Assembly: GCA_965230995.1 (NCBI GenBank) | Contig: OZ246398.1 | Coordinates: 400,213-464,212 of the forward strand | Length of the DNA: 64,000 nucleotides | DNA from: an uncultured Candidatus Saccharibacteria bacterium | Lineage (GTDB): Bacteria; Patescibacteriota; Minisyncoccia; Phycocordibacterales; G965230995 | Direction: 5' to 3' | Part shown: positions 29,219 to 37,459 of the stretch, in pieces | How the letters are laid out: each line of letters opens with the position of its first letter | How positions within the stretch are numbered: the first letter of the stretch is position 1 | Translations under genes and position numbers: made by a program | Notes under the pieces: model-generated | Told to the model about the DNA's origin: nothing | Databases searched by the model: none | What the model saw: only the letters and a program-made list of their open reading frames with translations

Positions 29219-29986
29219 ATGCCTATAAATAAAGATTTAAAGAAAGCGATCCTTTTAGGATCAAATACCGCTAGAGGCGGTTTTAGAAACGAAGATGATG
29301 TTGTCGAAAAATTTAACAACTGGAAAACCGACGAAGATGCTCAAAAGTGGTTAGAGACTATGGGTTATCCAATTAAGGAAATAGAGAGGGTTGAAGCAAT
29401 AAAATTGCACGGTTATAAAACCGATGTCCAAGTTCAAATTACAATTTATTTAAAAAAAGCAATTTCGGCTGAAAATATTTCAATAAAACTCGTCAGCAAT
29501 CCTCAAGGATTTAATCAGGTTGATAAAAGATGGGTAGAAAATTATATTGAAATGTGGGAAATTCCTTCTGATTTGGCGAAAGTGTTAAAGCAATTTACCG
29601 GCGAGATTCTCCCAGAAAATACAGACGGATTACGAGATCCTCGAAGACTATTTTTGGATGAAATGAGCAAAGCAGTACAAAATAAAATAATTGATTTTTT
29701 TACAAAAAATAAAATTCTCGTAGTTTCGGATATTCTAAAAGGAAGAGGAAAATTTTCAGCCGGTTGGATGCTTGTAGTGTTAAAATCAAAAGACGAAAGC
29801 AGATGGGTATTAAAATCAATAAACCACGCCATGAATGTGTTCGCGGAAGGCGAAGTTAGAATTACTCCACAAGGTAGCTTAAAAATTGGTAAAATTGGCA
29901 TGCAAAGAAAAGGTGGAGATGGTGGTCGAGATTCCGCAAAGATGTTGCAATTTAAGATAAATCCAGTTGAGCTCTTTAAAGATTAG
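29219..29986 (+). CDS. Putative type II restriction endonuclease partnered with the C5-MTase
   Basis: Its start (29219) lies 2 bp after the MTase stop (29217), placing it in the same operon. It has no MTase motifs. A possible PD-(D/E)xK-like segment is D...ISIK. Confidence 0.4.
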   Translation: MPINKDLKKAILLGSNTARGGFRNEDDVVEKFNNWKTDEDAQKWLETMGYPIKEIERVEAIKLHGYKTDVQVQITIYLKKAISAENISIKLVSNPQGFNQVDKRWVENYIEMWEIPSDLAKVLKQFTGEILPENTDGLRDPRRLFLDEMSKAVQNKIIDFFTKNKILVVSDILKGRGKFSAGWMLVVLKSKDESRWVLKSINHAMNVFAEGEVRITPQGSLKIGKIGMQRKGGDGGRDSAKMLQFKINPVELFKD

Positions 29987-30028
29987 TGACAAGGCATTTT
30001 TCAAAAATATTTAACTTCAAAATAAGTT

Positions 30029-30820
30029 ATGGATTTAGAATCTTTCAAATTACCAGCCCTTGAGGCACTGGCAAAAATAATAGGAGATCATTTCACCGGC
30101 ACAGAGGTTTCCGAGTTATTTCGCAAAGCTGGTTTTCCAGAGATTCGCCATGATGGAGGGACAAAATGGAGGTTTGTATATTCTGCGATGGAACAAATGC
30201 AAAAACAGCAGTACGGAAGCCACAACATAGCAAAGTTAATCCAACAAGTATGTGATCCTCAAGAATACTTTTCATCCCCAGACGCTCATGAGGATGTTTG
30301 TAAAAAGGTAAATAACATTTTGAGCTTCTATGGATTGGCTGTAGGTAATGATGGAAAATTAAGAAAAACTGGAGATAAGGCCACCTCACTCGCCAAAACA
30401 ATCCCCGAAAATGCAAAAATTTTTGATGATCGTCATTTTCACACAAAGATTAATCAACATGCTCGTAAATTGTTTACTGAGGGCAATTATTTTCATGCTG
30501 TTTTCGAATGTTGCAAAGTCTATGACAAAGAGGTTCAAGATAAATCCAAGATGTCTGGTTACGGAGCTCGATTAATGGAAACAGCACTTGCAACAACGGG
30601 CACAATTAAACTTAACAGTCAGATCAATCGCACTGAGGTCAATGAACAAGAAGGAGTAATGCATCTCTCGGTCGGATTGATGCGTGCCATAAGAAATCCC
30701 CAGGCTCACGAACCAGCCCTTGATTGGCCGATTATTAGAGATGAAGCCTTAGACCTTTTGTCTTTTCTTAATTTCTTGTTTAGAAAATTAGACAAAGCAG
30801 TCTACTTCAATAATAATTAA
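30029..30820 (+). CDS. HEPN-domain protein (TIGR02391/Hypoth_Ymh-like), a putative abortive-infection RNase
   Basis: C-terminal Rx4H HEPN motif in ...LMRAIRNPQAHEP... Sits next to the R-M system. Confidence 0.45.
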   Translation: MDLESFKLPALEALAKIIGDHFTGTEVSELFRKAGFPEIRHDGGTKWRFVYSAMEQMQKQQYGSHNIAKLIQQVCDPQEYFSSPDAHEDVCKKVNNILSFYGLAVGNDGKLRKTGDKATSLAKTIPENAKIFDDRHFHTKINQHARKLFTEGNYFHAVFECCKVYDKEVQDKSKMSGYGARLMETALATTGTIKLNSQINRTEVNEQEGVMHLSVGLMRAIRNPQAHEPALDWPIIRDEALDLLSFLNFLFRKLDKAVYFNNN

Positions 30821-30828
30821 CACTTTTT

Positions 30829-33804
30829 ATGAGTAATCTATACCAAAGAGGATCGGAGTGGCGAAAGTGGGATTTGCATGTTCACACCCCAAAATCAATA
30901 ATTCAAGAATATGGCGGAGATACAAAAGCAGTATGGGACGCATTTATTTTAAAAATAGCATCTTTACCACCCGAAATTAAAGTGATTGCAGTCACGGACT
31001 ATTTATTTTGTGACGGGTATGAATATTTACTTACAAGACGAGGTGAGTTTACAAATATTGAACTATTAATTCCAAATATAGAATTTAGACTTAATACTTT
31101 TAGTGGGACGGCCAACAACACTCGTAGACATAATTTTCATGTACTATTTGATCCAACCGTTAGTGTGCAAGATATTAGGGATCAGCTTTTAAATTGTCTA
31201 TCGAGTGGGTATAAAATAGAAGATAATACTAAATGGGAACAAACACCAACGAGACGATCGTTGGAAGATCTCGGCAAACAAATTAAGGCGGCGGCTCCGA
31301 CAGGAAACACTATACATAGCAAAACTGATCTTGAAGTAGGATTTGATAATATTACCTACGACAGAGATACAATTTATGAATTATTAAGCAAAAATTGTTT
31401 TACTGGAAAATTTGTAACTGCCATAGGTTATTCTGAATGGGATCATTCTCGATGGGATCAGTCAGCTGTTGAAAAGAGAGACTTGATAAATTCTGCGAAC
31501 TTTTGTCTTACATCTCTTGATGACCCATCTAAAATAAGTGAGAATCGCCAAGACCTCGAAACAAACAAATTAAACAGTATTGTTTTACATTCATCTGATG
31601 CACACAAACTTGATCGTGTCGGTCAGTCAATGCTCTGGGTTAAAGCTGATCCGACATTCGCTGGTCTCAAACAGGTACTAAATGAACCAGAAGCCCGTGT
31701 TTTTATTGGCGAGACACCTCCCAACCTTAAACCAGATCACAAAGTAATAAAAAAAATATCTATTCCACTATCTAATGGATGGTTTGCCAATGACTTTGAA
31801 TTAGAATTAAATCGGGACTTAATAACAGTTATTGGTGGCCGTGGTTCAGGTAAATCTGCCCTAGCGGAGGCGATTGCCTATGGCGCTGGAAGTAAAGATA
31901 ACAGTGATGATGCATTTTTAAAGAAAGCTTCGAAACATAAAAATTCTATAGCTGGAACTAAAATTAAAATTGACTGGGCAGATGGATCGTCTACAGAATT
32001 TGAAGTCGGGAAACTTACAGAGGATCAAGGGCTTGTTCAGTATTTACCGCAAGGAGCTGTGGAAGATCTATGCTCACACCGTAATAGTGAAAAGTTACAG
32101 AAACAAATCGAGAATGTTATTTTTCAAAAGCTTGATGACACCGAACGAATGGGTGCTTCAGATTTTGATGAACTCAGGACACGAATACTTAGTGGCTTTA
32201 AATATGAAAAAGAACAGGTTGTCGAAAAAATCCATGACATCAATCATAAGATAGGTGAGCTAGTTTCTGTACTCCGGAATCTACCGGAAAAGGAAAAACA
32301 GCTCGGCGAGAAAAAAGCCGAACTTGAAAGATTAAACAAAAGTTTGCCAGAATTGCCAGCTGAAGATAAAAAAGGACAAGAAGAACTTGCCAAACTCGCA
32401 GAAGTTAAGAAAAAGTATGAGGCCAAAATAGTTGAGCTTCAAGGTAAACTAAATAAAATTAGTGATGTTGAGACTAAAGTTAAAATTTTTAAATCTAAAA
32501 TTAAAGAATTTAAAGATGAAATTGATGTTTTGCTTACTGGGCTAGGTCTATCGGAGTCAGATGTATTTACCGTTACATTTAATGAAGACGCTATAAAAAA
32601 ATCTCTTGATTCAGAGAAGAATGAAATTGCCGAACATCTAAAAACTATTAAACAAGGAAAGAAACGGGAGGTCGCCCAGCTTCTTTCTATTGAAGAATCT
32701 GAATTACCTTTTGATAACTTGCAGGACTTGAACAAAGGTATAGAAGATAAACAGAAAGAGACGAGAGCTTTTGAAACTACAAAATTAAAATATCAGCAAC
32801 AAAAGAAAACTATTTTAACGGTTGAGAGTACAATTAAGGCAATTGATGGAGAAATTACTCGAATAAAGTCAGAATCAACCCCGGAAAAAGAACGACTGGA
32901 GAAAGAACGCTTTGGAGCTTATAGCAGTTATTTTGAGCTACTTAAAAGCGAAAAATCTAAAATGGAAGAGTTGTATAAACCACTACAAGATTCACTTTTA
33001 GCTGGAACAGATACTGATAAAAAATTGGTTTTTGAAGCACAAATTAATTATCGACTTGAACTTCATAATAAGGCAGGTCTCGATATTATTGACAGGTCAC
33101 GCAAAGGAAACTTCCGAGAAATTGATAGCTTAAAAAAGGTTCTCAGTGAGCACTCAGATGAATTTATAAGGCACGAGTTTGATCTGACTATTCTTGAAAC
33201 AAAATTAAAAGCGACTCTGGATAATTTTTTAACATTTGAGGAAAATGAAATTCTTATTGAAGATCAGCTAAGAGAAAATCACAATCTTGAAGACTTTTAT
33301 AATTGGTTATTTGATCCTACTTATTTTGAGATTATTTCATCGCTTAAGTTTGACGATACCGATCTTTATTTGCTCTCACCTGGACAGAAAGGAATTATCC
33401 TTCTGATTTTATATCTTAAGATTGATGAGGATGATTACAGGCCATTAATAATCGACCAGCCTGAGGAGAATCTTGATAATCTTTCCGTATATAGGGATTT
33501 AATTGAGTATTTCAGAGACAGAAAGCAGTTCAGGCAAATTATAATGGTTACGCATAATCCCAACCTTGTTGTAAATACTGATGCAGAACAAATTGTTGTC
33601 GCAAATTATAATGGCAAGCGAACGCCAAAACTCGAATATTGTTCGGGCTCTCTTGAGGATCAGGCAAGAAAAATACCCGATGTAGAAATTGAAAAATTCG
33701 AAGATGGGATAATTGAACAAGTTTGCAATATACTTGAGGGTGGTGAACCGGCATTTGCAAAGAGAAAAAAGAAATATCAAATTTCAATAAGAAGTAAAAT
33801 TTAA
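30829..33804 (+). CDS. PHP-domain fused to an ABC/SMC-like ATPase with a long coiled-coil insert ('Ppl'-like antiphage protein)
   Basis: N-terminal PHP motif WDLHVHTPKS, Walker A VIGGRGSGKSALAE, a coiled coil of roughly 250 aa, ABC signature LSPGQKGIILL, and Walker B/D-loop LIIDQPEENLD. Confidence 0.6.
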   Translation: MSNLYQRGSEWRKWDLHVHTPKSIIQEYGGDTKAVWDAFILKIASLPPEIKVIAVTDYLFCDGYEYLLTRRGEFTNIELLIPNIEFRLNTFSGTANNTRRHNFHVLFDPTVSVQDIRDQLLNCLSSGYKIEDNTKWEQTPTRRSLEDLGKQIKAAAPTGNTIHSKTDLEVGFDNITYDRDTIYELLSKNCFTGKFVTAIGYSEWDHSRWDQSAVEKRDLINSANFCLTSLDDPSKISENRQDLETNKLNSIVLHSSDAHKLDRVGQSMLWVKADPTFAGLKQVLNEPEARVFIGETPPNLKPDHKVIKKISIPLSNGWFANDFELELNRDLITVIGGRGSGKSALAEAIAYGAGSKDNSDDAFLKKASKHKNSIAGTKIKIDWADGSSTEFEVGKLTEDQGLVQYLPQGAVEDLCSHRNSEKLQKQIENVIFQKLDDTERMGASDFDELRTRILSGFKYEKEQVVEKIHDINHKIGELVSVLRNLPEKEKQLGEKKAELERLNKSLPELPAEDKKGQEELAKLAEVKKKYEAKIVELQGKLNKISDVETKVKIFKSKIKEFKDEIDVLLTGLGLSESDVFTVTFNEDAIKKSLDSEKNEIAEHLKTIKQGKKREVAQLLSIEESELPFDNLQDLNKGIEDKQKETRAFETTKLKYQQQKKTILTVESTIKAIDGEITRIKSESTPEKERLEKERFGAYSSYFELLKSEKSKMEELYKPLQDSLLAGTDTDKKLVFEAQINYRLELHNKAGLDIIDRSRKGNFREIDSLKKVLSEHSDEFIRHEFDLTILETKLKATLDNFLTFEENEILIEDQLRENHNLEDFYNWLFDPTYFEIISSLKFDDTDLYLLSPGQKGIILLILYLKIDEDDYRPLIIDQPEENLDNLSVYRDLIEYFRDRKQFRQIIMVTHNPNLVVNTDAEQIVVANYNGKRTPKLEYCSGSLEDQARKIPDVEIEKFEDGIIEQVCNILEGGEPAFAKRKKKYQISIRSKI

Positions 33805-33805
33805 T

Positions 33806-34555
33806 ATGTCAGAATACTACACAGCACAAAGGGTAAAAGGTTTATATGATTCAAAGGTTACCGAACCTTTTAAATTATCACGATCAAAGATTGATCTGTT
33901 CTTAAATTGTCCAAGATGTTTTTATTACGATCGCAAACTTGGTGTCGGCCGTCCACCGGGTTTTCCTTTTGCCCTCAATTCGGCAGTTGACCATCTCTTA
34001 AAACTTGAGTTTGATATTCATCGTGCAAATGGCACGAAACATCCTCTTATAGAAAAGTATGGAGTTGATGCTCGTCCGGTTGCCCACGAGGATTTGGATA
34101 AATGGCGACATAACTTTACCGGCATTCAACACTTGCACGAACTTACAAACTTTTTGATATTTGGTGCGATTGATGATCTTTGGATAAATTCTAAGGGTGA
34201 ATACATTGTTGTTGATTATAAGTCCACTTCAAAAGATGAAGATATCACGGAGTTGAATAAAGATTGGCAAATCGGCTATAAGAGACAAATGGAGGTTTAT
34301 CAATGGTTACTTCGCCAAAATGGATACAAGGTTTCTAATACTGGATATTTTGTTTACTGCAACGGACAGACTGATCGGAAGGCATTTGATGGAAAGCTTG
34401 AGTTTGATATCACATTGATTCCTTATGAGGGCGATGATTCGTGGGTAGAAAAAACTATCATTCAGGCACACAATTGTTTAAATAGTGAAAAAATTCCCGA
34501 AGCCAGTTTAGAATGTGATTACTGTAATTATGTTCGGGCAATAAATAGCAAATAA
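33806..34555 (+). CDS. Cas4/RecB-like PD-(D/E)xK nuclease with a 4-Cys cluster
   Basis: N-terminal CPRC, catalytic GAIDD...EYIVVDYKS (D...D/E-x-K), and C-terminal CDYC. Starts 2 bp after the ATPase stop. Confidence 0.65.
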   Translation: MSEYYTAQRVKGLYDSKVTEPFKLSRSKIDLFLNCPRCFYYDRKLGVGRPPGFPFALNSAVDHLLKLEFDIHRANGTKHPLIEKYGVDARPVAHEDLDKWRHNFTGIQHLHELTNFLIFGAIDDLWINSKGEYIVVDYKSTSKDEDITELNKDWQIGYKRQMEVYQWLLRQNGYKVSNTGYFVYCNGQTDRKAFDGKLEFDITLIPYEGDDSWVEKTIIQAHNCLNSEKIPEASLECDYCNYVRAINSK

Positions 34556-34559
34556 AATA

Positions 34560-34733
34560 TGTCAGACGATATTGAAAAAGAAATCGAGAATGATGACGCT
34601 CCCACCGAAGAAGTGGCAGAGTTAATGGAAAGTCATGATCTCGACAAGGAAGAAGCCGAGCATGTTCAGGAAATTATGGAGGAATACGGGTTAGATGAGG
34701 ATGATGCGGTGGAACTGTCGGACGAGCTGTAGA
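34560..34733 (+). CDS. Very acidic 57-aa protein (MSDDIEKEIENDDAPTEEVAELMESHDLDKEEAEHVQEIMEEYGLDEDDAVELSDEL). Possible DNA mimic or regulator.
   Basis: ORF with ATG 4 bp after the nuclease stop. Over 40% Asp/Glu. Missed by the 60-aa ORF cutoff. Confidence 0.35.
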
Positions 34734-34809
34734 AAGCTCGCCCAAGGGGCAAACAAACGGCAAAAAAGGGGCTCAAAAAGGGCTCCTTTTGCTTTATAAC
34801 ACCGTTAAG

Positions 34810-35100
34810 TCAGAAGATGCCGTCAAGTATGTCGAAACTGTTTGATAAAAGATCTATAGCTGTCGGAAGGAACAAGACAAAGATGATCATGGTCAGCTTG
34901 GTTCCGGGATATTTACTTCCTTTGTGATCATCGACTGGAAGCAAAATAATCTCGACCTTTTTTCTTATACACACTTTAACTGGTTTCTGACAGTGGGGAC
35001 ATCGGGTTATAAACACAGCTTCGGAATTGAAGACCGCATCACGAAAAATAACCTTTGTGCAATGAGGACAATTGCCGACATTTGTTTCATCTTTGTCCAT
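34810..35100 (-). CDS. Zinc-ribbon (CPHC...CPHC) small membrane protein
   Basis: Two CxxC pairs plus a C-terminal TM helix. Confidence 0.3.
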   Translation of the reverse strand: MDKDETNVGNCPHCTKVIFRDAVFNSEAVFITRCPHCQKPVKVCIRKKVEIILLPVDDHKGSKYPGTKLTMIIFVLFLPTAIDLLSNSFDILDGIF

Positions 35101-35204
35101 ACTGTTTTTTATTTGTGGGCTTTTTGGGCCCTGATCATAAATGATTAATAAACGACCATTTAATAGCCCGGGTTCGACCTCCTCCCCGAACCGTTAAAAG
35201 CAAT

Positions 35205-35783
35205 CTAAGTATCCTTGACTGCCTCCCATCGTTGCCCCGTCCACATATGCTTCCTGCCGTCTATGATTTTTATCTTTACCCCTCCGATGGACATTTTTTC
35301 TGCTAACATCGACCTGATCTCTTTTAAGTTATCCACAGTTTTTTTATTGTCGCCGTAATTCTTTTTATTTAAATCTTTTTCTTTATTCTTGTTAGTAGTT
35401 CCGGCTGACCGATCCCACCGGTCTGTATGACCGAACTGCCGGTCAGGCTGACCGATCTTATTTAAGTTCGGTCTATCTGACCTATCTACTTTCAACAGGT
35501 AATACACATTGGAAAATTTTCGGCGTTTCTTGTTTATCAGTCCAAGTTTGATCATCTGGCGGATACCTCTTTGCACACTGGAAACGCTCGAGCCAATTCT
35601 GTCGGCAATAAGCTTGTGGGATGGAAAACAAAAACCCTCCTGATTGGCATGTTCAGCGAGGCAATTATAAATAGCAATACCAATCGGTTTGATTTCGCTT
35701 CCGTACTCATCGAGAAGTACTTTACTGATCCAAAACCAATCGCCATTTCTTAAATCTCTTACTTTTATTTTATCGTCCGACAT
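35205..35783 (-). CDS. HTH DNA-binding protein, probably a phage replication initiator/organizer-like protein
   Basis: HTH segment HKLIADRIGSSVSSVQRGIRQMIKLGLI with a basic linker. Lies between the cro side and the defence block. Confidence 0.4.
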   Translation of the reverse strand: MSDDKIKVRDLRNGDWFWISKVLLDEYGSEIKPIGIAIYNCLAEHANQEGFCFPSHKLIADRIGSSVSSVQRGIRQMIKLGLINKKRRKFSNVYYLLKVDRSDRPNLNKIGQPDRQFGHTDRWDRSAGTTNKNKEKDLNKKNYGDNKKTVDNLKEIRSMLAEKMSIGGVKIKIIDGRKHMWTGQRWEAVKDT

Positions 35784-35972
35784 GGCCGTAATAAAAAGGT
35801 GGACCGACCCACAGATCGCACCTTATTCCTCCCTTCACGCCTGGCGTCATTGAGGGGAGAGTAAGGCGCTATCTACCACTCTCTGGATTTCGGTAGAGCA
35901 CGGTCGATGTTGTCCATTGCTCTACAGAAGTCACGCCGGATAGTTGGATTCTCTAATTCACGGATTGTAAAA

Positions 35973-36251
35973 TTACTCAGCAAGCTCTCCCTCCTCGCCA
36001 AGAGTTCTCTCCGAGTCGGTGGTTTCCGAGTCATCCGTTTCCAGATTCTCTGAATTAATCTTTTGATTAGAATTCTCGTTGTCATACTTTTTGATGTGAT
36101 CTAAATGCTCCAGTAGCATGAATGCCATGCGTTTGAAGCCAGCATGGACACGCCAAACTTCTTGCTTACTTGGTTCTCGGCCGAGCACCTCTGACAAGGC
36201 GTTTTTGGTAAGCTCAATGAGAGCTTCCTCATCCTTTGTTGGTTTGGACAT
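35973..36251 (-). CDS. Hypothetical small protein downstream of cro
   Basis: 92 aa with an acidic C-terminus. Overlaps the alternative ORF 35873-36085 in another frame, so only one of the two can be real. Confidence 0.3.
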   Translation of the reverse strand: MSKPTKDEEALIELTKNALSEVLGREPSKQEVWRVHAGFKRMAFMLLEHLDHIKKYDNENSNQKINSENLETDDSETTDSERTLGEEGELAE

Positions 36252-36330
36252 GTGATTTGGTTCATAAGAGTGACCTCACACTTTTATTGACCCCACACAG
36301 TCTTTTCAATTAAGCGTTTTTGCTTAATCT

Positions 36331-36537
36331 CTAAGGCAAAAAAATATCCTCTACTTTTACCCCCAACGCTAGGGCAATTCTTTGGGCGGTTTCCAAATTC
36401 GGCCGTTTTCGTCCGGTCTCATATCGGCTGATCGCTGTGTTATGTTTAAAGCCAAGAATACGGGCTAGTTTGTATTGCGTTAGCCCTTTCTCGATTCTAA
36501 GATCCCTCAGTCGTATGTTGGTTGGTGTTTTTTTCAT
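36331..36537 (-). CDS. cro: Cro-like XRE-family HTH regulator
   Basis: 68 aa with the HTH LTQYKLARILGFKHNTAISRYETG. Divergent from the cI-like gene. Confidence 0.7.
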   Translation of the reverse strand: MKKTPTNIRLRDLRIEKGLTQYKLARILGFKHNTAISRYETGRKRPNLETAQRIALALGVKVEDIFLP

Positions 36538-36568
36538 AGTTTGATAAATTAGACCTCTATAGTCATAT

Positions 36569-36627
36569 TAAGCAATTTTGCTTAATTCGTCAATTACCCC
36601 TCTTGTGGATAAGCATATTTGCTTAAT
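36569..36627. promoter_or_regulatory. cI/cro operators: palindromes ttaagcaattttgcttaa (36569-36586) and ataagcatatttgcttaa (36610-36627). The second overlaps a -35/-10 (ttgctt-17-tatact) for cI.
   Basis: Perfect dyad symmetry with consensus TTAAGCA-N4-TGCTTAA. A third copy, ttaagcgtttttgcttaa, lies at 36310-36327. Confidence 0.6.
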
Positions 36628-36691
36628 ATTTACATATTTGCTATACTGGACTAATATAAAGTTAAGCAGTTAGTTAATTAATTATAAAAAT

Positions 36692-37414
36692 ATGTCATTT
36701 GGCTCATATCTAAAAAAACAGAGAGAAACCAACAAATGGACGGCCAAGGATATCGCTGATCGCCTTGGTTTTTCGGCCAGTTATGTCAGTCAGTTGGAAA
36801 ACGATGCCAGACTCCCTTCTCAGAAGCAGTTGGGGCTTTTGGCTAAGGCTTACGAGGTCGACGAGGACGAATTAAAAAAACAGTGGACCGAATCAAAGAT
36901 CCATAAGGTCAGCATTTCTACAAACTATAAATTCAACATCAAAGACGCTGGCGAGAAGCGTGTTGAAGAAATGACTCACAAACTGGAAGCAGGTTTGGAG
37001 GAATTAAAAAAGACGATCACAGCCGATGAAGTGGCACATTACAAAATGCCACTGTTCAATACCATTCCAGTGGAAGATCTCGATCTGCATCTCAAACATG
37101 CGGAGGAATTTATTTTTATTCCTAAGAACGGGATTGTTCGTGATCACCGTATATTCGGCATTCGTGTTTCCGATGTTCAATTTCCGGAGGCAGGTATAAT
37201 CGAAGGCGACCTGATTATGCTTGATGCGGACATTGAGGCAAGTGACGGAGACATTGTAGTGTTGTCTACGCCAGACGGTCTGGTCATGACTTACTTCAAA
37301 AAGCGTGGTGACTTTTTGGAGATTGCGACCAGCAATAAAGGTTTTCAAAAAAGTTATCCGGACAAGAGTGTCCGATTAATAGGTCGGCTAATTTATCACA
37401 TAAAAAAATACTAA
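36692..37414 (+). CDS. cI: CI-like repressor: N-terminal XRE HTH plus a C-terminal S24 (LexA-like) peptidase domain
   Basis: HTH WTAKDIADRLGFSASYVSQLE, and a C-terminal ...GIRVSDVQF...GIIEGDLIMLD...DGDIVVL... beta-barrel region. Confidence 0.6.
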   Translation: MSFGSYLKKQRETNKWTAKDIADRLGFSASYVSQLENDARLPSQKQLGLLAKAYEVDEDELKKQWTESKIHKVSISTNYKFNIKDAGEKRVEEMTHKLEAGLEELKKTITADEVAHYKMPLFNTIPVEDLDLHLKHAEEFIFIPKNGIVRDHRIFGIRVSDVQFPEAGIIEGDLIMLDADIEASDGDIVVLSTPDGLVMTYFKKRGDFLEIATSNKGFQKSYPDKSVRLIGRLIYHIKKY

Positions 37415-37459
37415 CCCCAGGGCTCGCCAAGAGCCCTGCTGTTTTTTATAGCAAACATT

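Noticed and set aside
34762-34795. Putative terminator aaaaaggggctcaaaaagggctcctttt after the acidic ORF
   Set aside because: The two gggctc segments are direct repeats, not inverted, so no stable hairpin forms.
35873-36085. 70-aa basic - strand ORF overlapping 35973-36251 in another frame
   Set aside because: Only one of the two overlapping frames can be real. The 35973-36251 frame has the more protein-like composition and better spacing downstream of cro.
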